DNA from: Candidatus Hydrogenedentota bacterium
Lineage (GTDB): Bacteria > Hydrogenedentota > Hydrogenedentia > Hydrogenedentales > SLHB01
Reading direction: 5' to 3'
DNA: 64,000 nucleotides
Assembly (NCBI GenBank): GCA_963674865.2
Contig: CAXXYE010000009.1
Coordinates: 832,001-896,000, forward strand
Part shown: positions 20,058 through 30,741 of the stretch, in pieces
Layout: each line of letters begins with the position of its first letter
Position numbering within the stretch: position 1 is the first letter of the stretch
Program-made: the position numbers and the translations under genes
Notes under the pieces: generated by a model
Seen by the model: only the letters and a program-made list of their open reading frames with translations
The model's database searches: none
Told to the model about the DNA's origin: nothing

Positions 20058-21545
20058 TCAGTCCGTCCTCATTTCGTCGAAGATCGCCGCCAAACACGCG
20101 GAGATGTCTTGGCGTATACTCTTGTCCGGCGGCGCCGCAAACGCATAACCTATCAGGATATTCTCGCCTGCGGCTGACTTGACGAGCAGTGTCTCCTGGG
20201 GGGGCTCTGTTTCGTTCTCTTGTTCGTCGTCGGCCGAACCCATTAACCGCGTCCCGTCCTCCATGCAGAGTTCGAGGCGCCGAAGGCCGAGTTCGTAGCG
20301 GCAAAGCTCGAGGAGTAGGTCGGTGGCTCGTTCGCCGATCTTGTCGTTGATGCGGAGTGCCGCATACTGCCCCAGCGCGCGAAACACCTTGTTGCGTTCA
20401 CGCCGTGCGATGGTCTTGCGGAAGCCGGTAGGGCGGAGGTATCCGGCCAGCCAGGCAATGTAAATGAGCGCTCCACAGTACAAGGCATAGGGACACCACG
20501 CCCAGATCGAGTGTCCCGGCACAACGGCAGATATGATGCCGGCCGCGGCCAGGAGCAGCGCCACGGCGTAGAGGGTGAGGACGACCCTGGGCTGCGAATA
20601 ACCCATTTCCAGGAGCCGGTGGTGTGTGTGGCGGTTGTCGCCGACGAAGATCGGTGCGCCGCGGAGATAGCGCCTCAAGATTGACACCAGCGTCTCGAAG
20701 ATCGGGAAACCCAGCGCCAGCATGGGCGCAAGAATGATCGCCGCGGCCTCCGATTTTTGAGTTCCCATAAGCGCCATGGTAGCCAGGGCGTATCCCAGGA
20801 ACATGCTGCCGGTATCGCCGAGGAAGATCTTGGCCGGGGGAAAGTTGTAGAGGAGGAATGCCAGCAGACATCCGGCCATAGCGAGGCTGGCAAGTGTGAG
20901 GTACGCGTTCCCCTGGACAATGCCAAGTCCGACGAGTGCGCCGGCGCCGATGAGCGCGATTCCCGTGGCGAGTCCATCGATGCCGTCGATTAGATTGAAT
21001 GCGTTGATGAGGCCCACCACCCAGAGCGTCGAGAGCAACGCGCCCAGCCACAATGCAAAGCGCACGTTGCCTATCAGCGGCATATTGACGGACGTGAGCG
21101 CGTAGCCGGACAGGGAGACGAACACGGCGACGACGATTTGGCCCAGCAGCTTGTATCTGGCCCGCATGCCCCGGGCATCGTCTACCAGGCCTATGGCGAC
21201 AATGGCCACGCCGCCCACGGCGAACGTCAGGAAGTCTTTTCTATTGAACGCGAAATCGTAGAAGGGGCTGAAGATCTCCCTATGGTGGCGCCACATCCAT
21301 TGCCAATTGCTGAAAACGAGGTATCCTGCCGTTGCGGCCGCCAGCCCGAGCAGAATGAGCGGCGCGGCAATTCCCAAGCCCCCCAAGAGTGGCCTTGCGC
21401 TTCGCGAGATCTTGCGGTAGCCGCCTCTGTCAACCGCGTCGACCTTCCATGCCAAGCGTATAACCGCGGGCGTGAGCGCTGCCGTGGCTATCAGACAGCC
21501 AAAAAAGAGTCCGCACGCCGTCCCGATCAACGTCAGTGTGGTCAA
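20058..21545 (-). CDS. Undecaprenyl-phosphate GlcNAc-1-phosphate transferase (WecA/TagO, GT4/MraY family)
   Basis: PLLGG, GLVDD, NAFNLIDGIDGL, IFLGDTGS and HTHH motifs. Confidence 0.92.
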   Translation of the reverse strand: MTTLTLIGTACGLFFGCLIATAALTPAVIRLAWKVDAVDRGGYRKISRSARPLLGGLGIAAPLILLGLAAATAGYLVFSNWQWMWRHHREIFSPFYDFAFNRKDFLTFAVGGVAIVAIGLVDDARGMRARYKLLGQIVVAVFVSLSGYALTSVNMPLIGNVRFALWLGALLSTLWVVGLINAFNLIDGIDGLATGIALIGAGALVGLGIVQGNAYLTLASLAMAGCLLAFLLYNFPPAKIFLGDTGSMFLGYALATMALMGTQKSEAAAIILAPMLALGFPIFETLVSILRRYLRGAPIFVGDNRHTHHRLLEMGYSQPRVVLTLYAVALLLAAAGIISAVVPGHSIWAWCPYALYCGALIYIAWLAGYLRPTGFRKTIARRERNKVFRALGQYAALRINDKIGERATDLLLELCRYELGLRRLELCMEDGTRLMGSADDEQENETEPPQETLLVKSAAGENILIGYAFAAPPDKSIRQDISACLAAIFDEMRTD

Positions 21546-21740
21546 GAGGACACCCTTCTGCTTTTTCCATGAACGGCCCCAAATACGCCATCCCGAGCAG
21601 GTGACACATTCTAAAGGCTCTCAAGAATACATACAACCAGGCATTCGTCAGCGCGTGTATCGCTCCTCGGCATTCGCTATAATGCGACACGACAGAAGTC
21701 CAGACTCCGCGCGCGTTTGTATTGGCCGCCAGGGATCGCC

Positions 21741-22844
21741 GTGAAACTCTTGAGCCGTCATATTCTCCGCGAGATCGCCGTGCCGGCGGTGCTCTCCCTC
21801 ACCGTGGTGAGCTTCATCGCCGTTGCGGGGGAATTGCGTGAACGTGTCGCGGAACTGCCCGTGGCTTTTATCACCATGGGGGACTTGGCCCAGCTGGCCG
21901 TGTTGGCGCTCCCGATGGTGGTGTCGTACATTATTCCAGTCACCTACATGATGGGCATCTTGTTGGCCTTTGGCCGACTGGCGCAGGATGGCGAGATCAC
22001 GGCCATGAAGGCGGCGGGCATCCCGCTCAAGCGCGCGATTCAACCCGTCGTCCTGGGGGGCGTCGTGCTGACTCTTGTGTGCTTCATCATCCAGGATCGA
22101 ATCCAGCCATGGTCCGTGGCACACCTGCGCACGCTCATGGCGGAGGACCTGCCGCGCCGCCGGAGCATAGACGTCCTTCCCGCGGGCACCGTACAGGAAT
22201 TCAACGACTGGCGCGTCTATATCGGGGGGAAGGATCCGGAAGACAACACCTGGCGGAATGTCGAGGTCCTTGTGCCCGAAGGCGACGACAGTGCCCAGAC
22301 GTTCTACGCAAAGTCGGCCTCCGTTGTTCGGCGCGACGGCGCGACTTGGCTCGAACTCAGGAACGGGCACTGGATCCAACCTGAAGCGGATCAGCTTGGA
22401 TGGACTACCTTCCAGGAGTTTGTCAAGCGGGTGCCCGACTTCGCGGCGAAGAAGGTCAGCGGCCGGAACATGGCGCTTTCGCTGGGGGGGCTGCTAGCGC
22501 TTGAGGCTGAATTGACCAAGAAAGATGAGGAAGCCGCCTCGCTTGCCCTCAAGAAGCGCCTCTACGGCGTTCGCGAGGAGGTGAACAAGCGTGTTTCCAT
22601 CCCTCTCGCCTGCCTCGCCGTCACTTTGGTTAGTGCACCTCTCGGCGTGCGCGCGCGGCGTTCGGGGCGGTCGTTCAGCTTCGCCGTCGGCTCCGGCGTA
22701 ATTCTGGTCTACTACCTCCTTTTCATGGTTATGCAGCCTCAGTCGCTCCACCCGCTCAACGAGGTCGTGCTGCGAGGCATGATTCCCAACGCTCTGTTCG
22801 TCCTGGCCGGGAGCGTGCTCTTATGGCGTGTCGATCGCGTGTAG
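21741..22844 (+). CDS. lptF: LPS export ABC transporter permease LptF
   Basis: L.RHILRE, GRLAQDGEITAMKAAGI, 3+3 TM layout with periplasmic domain. Confidence 0.82.
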   Translation: MKLLSRHILREIAVPAVLSLTVVSFIAVAGELRERVAELPVAFITMGDLAQLAVLALPMVVSYIIPVTYMMGILLAFGRLAQDGEITAMKAAGIPLKRAIQPVVLGGVVLTLVCFIIQDRIQPWSVAHLRTLMAEDLPRRRSIDVLPAGTVQEFNDWRVYIGGKDPEDNTWRNVEVLVPEGDDSAQTFYAKSASVVRRDGATWLELRNGHWIQPEADQLGWTTFQEFVKRVPDFAAKKVSGRNMALSLGGLLALEAELTKKDEEAASLALKKRLYGVREEVNKRVSIPLACLAVTLVSAPLGVRARRSGRSFSFAVGSGVILVYYLLFMVMQPQSLHPLNEVVLRGMIPNALFVLAGSVLLWRVDRV

Positions 22845-22875
22845 GGCTGCGGATGCAATCTGTCAGAGATCATTC

Positions 22876-23958
22876 ATGAAAACCTTGGACAAGTACCTGC
22901 TCAGGAAGATGGCGGCATCGCTGATCAAGGTTCTCGTCGCATTCATCATCCTCTATATCTTGGTAGACCTTCTCAGTACGCGGCGGGAGGCCATCTTGAA
23001 GTACGATGTGCCGGGCGATGTCGTTCTGGCCTACTACGCAGCCATGATTCCACAAATCATCGGCCGGGTGGCGGCGCTGGCCATGCTTGTCTGCGGGCTG
23101 TTGGTTCTCGGCAATATGGCGCAGGATAATGAGGTGACCGCCGCCTTGGCGGGCGGCGTCAGTCTACGGCGGCTTGTTCTTGTACCTGCCGCGCTCGCGG
23201 GCGTCTTCGCCGTGGGGGTCTTCGCCCTTCAGGAGACTATCGGCCCTCGCGCAGCCCAGAAGGCAAGCGCTATCAAAGGCAAGTATTTCTCAAAGAATCC
23301 CGATATCGATCGCCCGGGGGTTAGTTGGGCGAACCTCGACGGGGGGTGGTCGGTGCATATCCTGAAATTCAATCGGCTGGCGCTCACGGGAGAGCACGTG
23401 TTCGCGGAGTGTATTCGCGCCGATCGCGTTGAATATATCCGCGCCCGTCGAATCTACTGGGATGGAAACCTGAGCCGATGGATGCTTGAGGATGGCCGTT
23501 GGGCCGTTTTTGAGCCGGATCTGGAGCAGAAACTCGAAGATCGGCGCATTACGCTGGCCGCCGCCCCGATCCAGGAGCCCCCGAAGCGACTTTTTGCCCT
23601 CGCCATGGAATCCGATACCAAGAGTGCCGCCAGTCTCGCCGCGGACCTCAAGTACGCCCGGCGTCGAGGCATACCCACACGGCATCTTTGGGTGGACTAC
23701 TACATCAAGTTCTCGCAGCCCGCGGTGGCTTTTGTTATGATATGGCTGGCGATACCCTTCGCCATGAAACTGCGTCGCGGCGGCCTGGCTATCAGTTTCG
23801 GAGTCAGCATCGCGATTGCGATAGCGTACCTGGTTGTGTATGGCACCGGGGTCGGGCTGGGTCACGTAGGCCATCTGGCCCCATTTGCGGCGGCTTGGTG
23901 CGCTAACGGATTATTCTTGATCGTGGGACTTGTCCTGTTCGTCAAGACCCCCACATGA
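22876..23958 (+). CDS. lptG: LPS export ABC transporter permease LptG
   Basis: MKTLDKYL, DNEVTAALAGGVS and AAW.AN motifs; tandem with lptF. Confidence 0.82.
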   Translation: MKTLDKYLLRKMAASLIKVLVAFIILYILVDLLSTRREAILKYDVPGDVVLAYYAAMIPQIIGRVAALAMLVCGLLVLGNMAQDNEVTAALAGGVSLRRLVLVPAALAGVFAVGVFALQETIGPRAAQKASAIKGKYFSKNPDIDRPGVSWANLDGGWSVHILKFNRLALTGEHVFAECIRADRVEYIRARRIYWDGNLSRWMLEDGRWAVFEPDLEQKLEDRRITLAAAPIQEPPKRLFALAMESDTKSAASLAADLKYARRRGIPTRHLWVDYYIKFSQPAVAFVMIWLAIPFAMKLRRGGLAISFGVSIAIAIAYLVVYGTGVGLGHVGHLAPFAAAWCANGLFLIVGLVLFVKTPT

Positions 23959-23983
23959 ACGCCGTCCCGGATAGGAGGAGATA

Positions 23984-25183
23984 ATGCCATCTATGAGTTC
24001 AGACTATGCGGCCCGGTCGCTCGAGGCCCTGGCCGCGCGTTGTGGCGACTTGGCGCCCATTAAGCAGCGTATCCGGCAGCACCATATCGAGACCCCCTCT
24101 TGGGCGTACGGCGATTCAGGAACTCGTTTTCAGGTCTTTTCTCAGCCCGGCGCGGCCCGCAACCCCTTCGAGAAGCTCGAAGACGCGGGCATGGTTCACA
24201 GGCTTACAGGCGTTGCTCCCTCCGTTGCCATTCACATTCCGTGGGACAAGGTAGACGACTTCGCCGCGCTCGCCGCATGCGCCGAGGAAAACGGCGTGCG
24301 CATTGGCGCCGTCAACCCGAACCTGTTCCAGGAGCCTGAATACAAGCTCGGGAGCCTGACGAATGAGGACGCAGCGGCGCGCCGAAAGGCCCTCGACCAT
24401 CTTCTCGAATGCATCGAGATCGGGAAGATCGTCGGTTCGGATATCCAGAGCCTTTGGTTTGCCGACGGCACGAACTATCCGGGGCAGGGCGACTTCCGCC
24501 GCAGGAAGGGATGGCTCCAAGAGGGCCTTCAGGCCGCCTACGACGCGATGCCGGGCAATATGCGCATGCTCCTCGAGTACAAGGGTTTCGAGCCGGCTTT
24601 CTACCATACCGATATCGCCGATTGGGGCATGTCCTATGCGCTCTGTTCCCACCTCGGAGAGCGTGCCCAGGTCCTGATTGACCTCGGGCACCACGCGCTT
24701 GGGACCAATATTGAGCATATTGTCGCCTTTCTTATCGATGAGCACCGAATGGGCGGGTTCCATTTCAATAACAAGAAATACGCTGACGACGACCTGACGG
24801 TGGGGAGCATCAATCCATACGAGCTCTTCCTCATCTACAACGAACTCGTTGCCGCGGAAGACGCGCCCGATGTCCACACCAACGTGGCTTACATGATCGA
24901 CCAGAGCCATAATGTGAAGCCGAAGATCGAGGCCATGATCCAGTCCGTCATGACCTGTCAGGCCGCTTATGCCAAGGCCCTGCTGGTCGATCGCGCCGCC
25001 TTGCGCGAGGCCCAGCAACAGGGCGACATCGTCGGCGCCGAGGAGATTCTGCTGGATGCCTTCCAGACGGATGTCCGGCCTCTCTTGGCCCAACTTCGTG
25101 AAGATATGGGACTTCACCCGCAGCCGATCGAGGCCCTTCACGAGAGCGGCTATCTGGATAAGGTCCTGGCGGCCCGCGCATGA
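23984..25183 (+). CDS. rhaI: L-rhamnose isomerase (RhaI type)
   Basis: [35 protein letters not shown] and DDDL..GS motifs. Confidence 0.9.
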   Translation: MPSMSSDYAARSLEALAARCGDLAPIKQRIRQHHIETPSWAYGDSGTRFQVFSQPGAARNPFEKLEDAGMVHRLTGVAPSVAIHIPWDKVDDFAALAACAEENGVRIGAVNPNLFQEPEYKLGSLTNEDAAARRKALDHLLECIEIGKIVGSDIQSLWFADGTNYPGQGDFRRRKGWLQEGLQAAYDAMPGNMRMLLEYKGFEPAFYHTDIADWGMSYALCSHLGERAQVLIDLGHHALGTNIEHIVAFLIDEHRMGGFHFNNKKYADDDLTVGSINPYELFLIYNELVAAEDAPDVHTNVAYMIDQSHNVKPKIEAMIQSVMTCQAAYAKALLVDRAALREAQQQGDIVGAEEILLDAFQTDVRPLLAQLREDMGLHPQPIEALHESGYLDKVLAARA

Positions 25184-25294
25184 AACGCCGTTAGCGGCCC
25201 ATGGGCCGGAGGGCAAACCACGCCGTCGCAAATAGACAGATTCGGGAGTCTCTCGCGGTGCGGCATTGACACTATCGGAGATTCCCATTTAGCC

Positions 25295-25323
25295 TTGCCG
25301 TATCACAGGGCGTCTGCTACACT
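25295..25323 (+). promoter_or_regulatory. Sigma70 promoter upstream of the GH172 gene
   Basis: TTGCCG-17-TACACT with extended TG; a second candidate TTGACA-18-TAGCCT lies at 25266-25295. Confidence 0.5.
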
Positions 25324-25370
25324 ACACTCGGAGGGGGGCCACCGGCCCCTCGTGAGGAAGGAGGGGTTCA

Positions 25371-26912
25371 ATGAGCAGATTCGTGCGTAGTGGGATGTTC
25401 CTGGTCATTATGACGGCGGTGGCCGTCGCCGGGGGCCTGTATGCGGAACCCGCAGCCGGCGAGGGGTGGACCGGCCACCTCGAAGCGCTCGGCCTAACGG
25501 GCACTATAGACACTCTCCCAATGCCGCGCGATTGGACGGTCAAGCAGATATCGAGCCGCGACCCCGCCGGCAGCAATAACGACGATACCTACTGCGCGTA
25601 CCCATTCGACGAGGGCCTCGTGCTCGCAAACCTCAAGGGACCTGGGTGCGTCATGCGCATATGGGTGCGCGATCCGGTCGGTACGCTCAACATCTACATC
25701 GACAATCTTACGGCCCCTCTCATCGAGATCCCCTTTGAGGACCTTTTCAGCGGCTACCTGGAACTCTTTGGCCCGCCCTTTGTCGGCCGGCAGGGAGGGG
25801 GGTATTACTGCTACGTTCCCATGCCTTTCAAGGAGAGTTGCTGCATTCTCGTGCGCGGCAACGTGGACAGGCTGGCCTACCAGGTTACGTACGCCGAGTT
25901 CCCCGAGGGAACGCGGCTTGCCTCCTTCCGCCCGCCTTTCACGATGCCTCTGGAGGCTGATGATGAGGCCTATCTGCTCCGGTGGGCGCGCGAATGGAAG
26001 ACCGCCCGCGAGCTCCGGTTTGCGGATTCCGAGAAGGAGAAGTATCACAAGACCTCGCGTTGGATCTGGCCCGGTGAAGACGTGCTTCTCTGGACCTATG
26101 AGGGGCCCGCTGTCATCACGGAACTCGAGATGGCTCTTTCCTGCAGCGATCCCAGTATCCTCGAGAAGGCTTGGATTAAGATGTATTGGGACGGCAATCC
26201 CGAGCCGGGCATCGTAGCGCCGGCGGGCGCCTTGTTCGGAAGCGGGAATCCCAGCGCCGGTAATTTCGGCGGCCCGGCTTTTGGTAGGGAGGGCGAGCGC
26301 TTGTGGCTTCGCTATCCTATGCCTTTCAAGTCTCAGGCCAAGCTATACGTGGTCAATACGTCCGAGGACGTGATCGAACTCTCGTATAACACCACGTGGC
26401 GGCCCGACTCCACGGAGGGGTGCCTTTATTTTAACGCACGGTACAACGAGGCGCAGACCGAGGCCGACAAACCGTATTGCCTAGCTGCTATCAAGGGCGT
26501 CGGCCACCTAGTCGGGTGCACTTTCCGGGCGCAAGGCGGGCAGTCTTTCCGGTTCCTGGAGGGCGACGAGAGTCTTATCGTCGACGACGAGGAGACGGCT
26601 GGATACGCGGGTACCGGAACGGACGAGTACTTCAACGGCGGCTGGTACTTCAAGGGGGGGCCGTTCTGCACTCCCACGCACGGTTGCACGGGGAAGGGCA
26701 AGACGCCTGAGCCTCACATTGCGGCTTACCGGTGCCTCCTAACGGACGCGGTGCCGTTCAAGAAGTCGTTGCGGTTCCTTCTGGAGCACGGCCCGCGAAA
26801 TGACGAGCCCGATGTGTCTTACTCCAGCGTGGCGTTCTGGTACCAGGAAGATGTCAAGCCCGATGCTTGGCCCGTGACGGCCATCGACACGCGAAGGGTA
26901 GCTGAAAGATAG
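25371..26912 (+). CDS. Secreted DUF2961 / glycoside hydrolase family 172 protein
   Basis: Signal peptide; GPG...RIW, Y.PMPF, EGDE, GTGTDEYFNGGWY, LEHG and YSSVAFWY motifs. Confidence 0.85.
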   Translation: MSRFVRSGMFLVIMTAVAVAGGLYAEPAAGEGWTGHLEALGLTGTIDTLPMPRDWTVKQISSRDPAGSNNDDTYCAYPFDEGLVLANLKGPGCVMRIWVRDPVGTLNIYIDNLTAPLIEIPFEDLFSGYLELFGPPFVGRQGGGYYCYVPMPFKESCCILVRGNVDRLAYQVTYAEFPEGTRLASFRPPFTMPLEADDEAYLLRWAREWKTARELRFADSEKEKYHKTSRWIWPGEDVLLWTYEGPAVITELEMALSCSDPSILEKAWIKMYWDGNPEPGIVAPAGALFGSGNPSAGNFGGPAFGREGERLWLRYPMPFKSQAKLYVVNTSEDVIELSYNTTWRPDSTEGCLYFNARYNEAQTEADKPYCLAAIKGVGHLVGCTFRAQGGQSFRFLEGDESLIVDDEETAGYAGTGTDEYFNGGWYFKGGPFCTPTHGCTGKGKTPEPHIAAYRCLLTDAVPFKKSLRFLLEHGPRNDEPDVSYSSVAFWYQEDVKPDAWPVTAIDTRRVAER

Positions 26913-26919
26913 GTTCTTG

Positions 26920-29508
26920 ATGGCCCAGTCCCCGGCGGAGGCAGTCGCCGACTTTCTTGAGGCGAATCGGGATGCGTATCTGGCCGAGGTGGCCGAGCTA
27001 CTGACTTCTCTGTTGTCTTCCACATCGCACCCTACTCTTGAGCAGTGGTGTGACTCTTGCGTCGACTACCTCCGAGGCGAGCGCGCGTGTTTTCCCGAGT
27101 GGACCGCCGCCTACCTGAGGGGCATTGACGCTCAAGACGCCAACACGGCCGATATTCTCGAGAATATCCGGCAGGCTCGGGAACTCACCATCGAGTTCTG
27201 CGCGGGACGCATTCCTGGTTTCTCCCGCGCCGAGATCTGTTGTGCCGTTGTCGCCGCCTCCGACCAGGTCACGAAACACCTATTCGAACATCTCTGCGAT
27301 CGTGTCCGCCGCGTGGTTGCCGGCGAGCGCCGCCGCCTGGGGGCGACAGCAGAGGCCATGGATTCCGCCTTCGTTGTCCTTGATAGCAGCGACAATATCC
27401 ATTTCGCCAACACGCGGGTCGCAGACCTCCTCGGCGTACAGAAGGAGGCCTTATTCGGCAAAGGCTTCCTCTCACTCTGCGACGCGGCCACCGCCGAAGA
27501 AACTCGTCGCCGCCTTCGGAAAAAGGGAGCCACAGCCGCGTTGAGCGTACAGGGGCGACTTCTCGACTCAGCGGGCGAGCCCGTCCCTGCCGACTTCTCC
27601 ATACTTCCCATACACGATGATGAAGGGCTACGAAGCGGCGCTACCATTGTGGTATCGCCGCAGGCAACGCTTCTTACGCAAACAATGGCTGCTGAGATCC
27701 CTGGCCTGGATGCGCTCCCATTCGGCGTGGCCGTAGCCAAGAAGGACCACACAATCCCCTTTGCCAATCGCAGGTTTCGCCGATGGCTTCCATTGCCCGC
27801 CCAGCCCGATGCGCAGCCGGACATCGTAGACGTCTTGTCCGGCCTCGTGCTTGACGCCGGTGAATTCGTCCGGCAGGCGTGGCGTGGCGTGGCTTCTCAT
27901 GTGGCCGCTTGCCGGAGCAAGAAGTTCCTCGTCGTGGCGTCCTCCTGCGCGGGGCAGGGCCAAGATGCGCTGCTTGTTTGCGGCATCGTTCCTTTCCCCG
28001 ATTCCAAGCAGACTCATGCGTTGGGCGTCGACATGGGCCAGGTGGTGTCCGAAGTGCTGGGCGCCGCGGCATTTATCATCGATAAGGATGGGGGTGTGGC
28101 GTACGCCAACGATATCAGCCGCAACTGGCTCAAAGTCGGCTCTGCCGACGAGATCAAGTATTGCTGCGGTCTCCATCGAGACGAAGAGGGCAATTGCGCC
28201 GACTGCTTCCGAACCGGTGTCTTTGAGAGCGGCTCTACGTACCGCGCCATTGTTCGTGGAGAGAATCGGGAGAATGAACCGGCCTGGCTTGAACTTATCT
28301 CGGTGCCCATCAAGAATGATAAGCGTGAGGTGACGCATATTGCTCGGATTGTCCGGGATGTAACCGAGCGGCGGAATCTCGAGAATCAGCTCCTGAACCG
28401 CCGCGGCGTGTCTCCCATATCTCAATTAGCCGTCGGCGTAGCCCACGAACTCCGGAATCCTCTTGGCGTCATGATCGGCCTCGCTGAGATGCTGGCTCAG
28501 GGTGTTCCCCCCGAGAATGTCGGCGCGGCCGGCAACAAGCTGCTCCAGAACGGACTGCGGTGCAAGAAGATTCTGGAGGATCTGCTTGAATTTGGACGCG
28601 AGTTGCCGAGCCATCGTGTTGCGACCGACGTGAATCGCCTCATACGTGAGCGCATTGTGCCCTTCTATCCGGCCTCTCAGGCCGGCCGAATCACGTGGGC
28701 CCTCAATCCTGAGGCGCCCCAGGTCGAATGCGCGCCCCAGCAGATCACTCGAGTCATTACGAACCTTGTTGACAACGCCCTGTTTGCCGCGGCCGGGAGT
28801 GTCAACGTCGAGACAATACCGCATGTGGGCGGTGTCAAGATCCGTGTCACGGATGATGGCCCCGGAGTGCCCAAGTCATTACAGAATAGGATCTTCGAGC
28901 CTTTCTTCAGCACACGGAAGGAGGAGGGAGCCGTGGGCCTTGGCCTGAGTCTCTCGCAGATGGCCGTTCGGGATCATGGCGGGGAACTCACGCTGGCCGA
29001 CACTGAAACGGGGGCGTGCTTCGTTATCGATCTGCCGCGAATTGGCCCGGCCGCGTTGCGAACCGGTGTCGGCGGGCCGAGCCGAGGAAGTGCAGGGAAG
29101 GTGCTGATCGTCGATGATGAGGTCGATCTTCTAGAAGTGCTCGAAACCGCGCTCGTATCCAAAGACTATGAGGTCGATACTGCCGCTTCCGGCGACGCAG
29201 CTATTGACCTGGTAACGGCGAACGTCTACGACCTCATTGTACTGGACGTGCTGTTGCCGGGGCGTTATGGCGGCCGCGAGATCTATCATTTCCTTAAGAC
29301 CGAAAAGCACGAACTCGCCGAGCGCGCTTTGTTCATCACCGCCGATACGATGAACTACGAGACGCGGCATTTCCTCGATCAAGTCAGCCGGCCGTATATG
29401 GAGAAGCCCTTCCTGATATCGGAGTTCGCTGCTCAGGTCGAGGGGCTCTTGACTTCGCTAGGGCGCATCGCGCCTCCTTCCGCCCCGGCGGTGGAGAATT
29501 CCACCTAG
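26920..29508 (+). CDS. Hybrid PAS-domain sensor histidine kinase/response regulator
   Basis: PAS domains, H-box AHELRNPL, NLVDNA, DDGPG, IFEPFFST, GLGL; C-terminal receiver VDDE...DVLLP...KPF. Confidence 0.93.
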   Translation: MAQSPAEAVADFLEANRDAYLAEVAELLTSLLSSTSHPTLEQWCDSCVDYLRGERACFPEWTAAYLRGIDAQDANTADILENIRQARELTIEFCAGRIPGFSRAEICCAVVAASDQVTKHLFEHLCDRVRRVVAGERRRLGATAEAMDSAFVVLDSSDNIHFANTRVADLLGVQKEALFGKGFLSLCDAATAEETRRRLRKKGATAALSVQGRLLDSAGEPVPADFSILPIHDDEGLRSGATIVVSPQATLLTQTMAAEIPGLDALPFGVAVAKKDHTIPFANRRFRRWLPLPAQPDAQPDIVDVLSGLVLDAGEFVRQAWRGVASHVAACRSKKFLVVASSCAGQGQDALLVCGIVPFPDSKQTHALGVDMGQVVSEVLGAAAFIIDKDGGVAYANDISRNWLKVGSADEIKYCCGLHRDEEGNCADCFRTGVFESGSTYRAIVRGENRENEPAWLELISVPIKNDKREVTHIARIVRDVTERRNLENQLLNRRGVSPISQLAVGVAHELRNPLGVMIGLAEMLAQGVPPENVGAAGNKLLQNGLRCKKILEDLLEFGRELPSHRVATDVNRLIRERIVPFYPASQAGRITWALNPEAPQVECAPQQITRVITNLVDNALFAAAGSVNVETIPHVGGVKIRVTDDGPGVPKSLQNRIFEPFFSTRKEEGAVGLGLSLSQMAVRDHGGELTLADTETGACFVIDLPRIGPAALRTGVGGPSRGSAGKVLIVDDEVDLLEVLETALVSKDYEVDTAASGDAAIDLVTANVYDLIVLDVLLPGRYGGREIYHFLKTEKHELAERALFITADTMNYETRHFLDQVSRPYMEKPFLISEFAAQVEGLLTSLGRIAPPSAPAVENST

Positions 29509-29673
29509 CCCCCTCTCTCGCTTGACTGAGCCGCCGGGCTTGTGTTGAATAGGGCTGCGGAGGTCTGGCGGGCGCGTGCAAGATAGTCCGAATGGCTCGT
29601 AGGTAGTTGTCAGCGCCCCGCGTGTGAGCAAGGCAGGGCAGTCGGAGTCCCATTTCCAGCGGGAGGGCGGTCA

Positions 29674-30621
29674 ATGCAGGCACTGGTTTTCGACGGGGAA
29701 TTGCGCCTCGCCGATGTACCCATGCCCCGCCCGGGATCCGGCGAGGCGCTCGTGCGTGTTCTGACGGCCGGTATCTGCAATACGGATATCGAGATTCTCA
29801 ATGGCTACATGGGATTTCAGGGCATTCCGGGACACGAGTTCGTCGGCATCGTCGAGCAATGCGAGAATCCACACTTGCGCGGCAAACGCGTTGTGGGCGA
29901 GATCAACTGCGTCTGCGGCCTGTGTCAGTATTGCCGCATGGAAATGCCGCACCACTGTCTGGATCGCAGCGTCCTCGGAATCGACAAACGAGACGGCGCC
30001 TTCGCCGAGTACCTTACTTTGCCCGAGGCGAATCTTCACCTGGTGCCGAATTCGATCCGCGACGATGTCGCGGCCTTTGCCGAACCGACCGCCGCCGCCT
30101 TCCGCATTACCGAGCAGATCTCCATCGCACCGGACGACCGCATCATCGTTCTGGGCGACGGCAAGCTCGGCCTGCTTGTCGCTCAGGTGCTGTGGCACTA
30201 CTCGAAGCGGCTGGTTTGTGTCGGCAAACACCCGGAGAAGCTGACCGTCCTGAATGATCTCCACATCGCTACCGCACGCGCGAGTGATCCCATTGAACGC
30301 GGCGCGGATATTGTTGTCGAGGCTACCGGTTCGCACGAGGGATTCTCCCGTGCCCTCGAACTCGTACGGCCGGAGGGCACCGTTGTGGTCAAGACGACGG
30401 GCACGCATCCGGTGGCTATTGACCTGGCCAAGCCCGTGGTCAACGAAGTGCGGATCATCGGATCGCGTTGCGGCCCATTTCGGCCGGCGCTCGAGGCCCT
30501 TGCCTTGGGCAACGTGGAAGTGCGGCCCATGATCACCCAAGCGTTTGAGTTGCGCGACGGCCTGCGTGCTTTTGAACGGGCGAAGCAGCCCGATGCTGTA
30601 AAGGTCCTGCTCCATGTGTGA
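29674..30621 (+). CDS. Zinc-dependent medium-chain alcohol dehydrogenase
   Basis: GICNTD, GHEFVG, structural Zn motif CGLCQYC..C, GDGKLG. Confidence 0.92.
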   Translation: MQALVFDGELRLADVPMPRPGSGEALVRVLTAGICNTDIEILNGYMGFQGIPGHEFVGIVEQCENPHLRGKRVVGEINCVCGLCQYCRMEMPHHCLDRSVLGIDKRDGAFAEYLTLPEANLHLVPNSIRDDVAAFAEPTAAAFRITEQISIAPDDRIIVLGDGKLGLLVAQVLWHYSKRLVCVGKHPEKLTVLNDLHIATARASDPIERGADIVVEATGSHEGFSRALELVRPEGTVVVKTTGTHPVAIDLAKPVVNEVRIIGSRCGPFRPALEALALGNVEVRPMITQAFELRDGLRAFERAKQPDAVKVLLHV

Positions 30622-30741
30622 GACGCTACGCTGCCGCGCGGGATCTTCCGCGTCCATGCGAGCGTCTCTGAGCGGGGCGCTGACTGGGAATCCGGGAGTG
30701 AACTGAAGATAGTTATCCGTACCAAGCGAAGGAGCTGAGAA

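Noticed and set aside
25205..25260. GGGCAAACC resembling the start of a c-di-GMP-I riboswitch
   Set aside because: The downstream GAAA tetraloop and receptor elements are absent.
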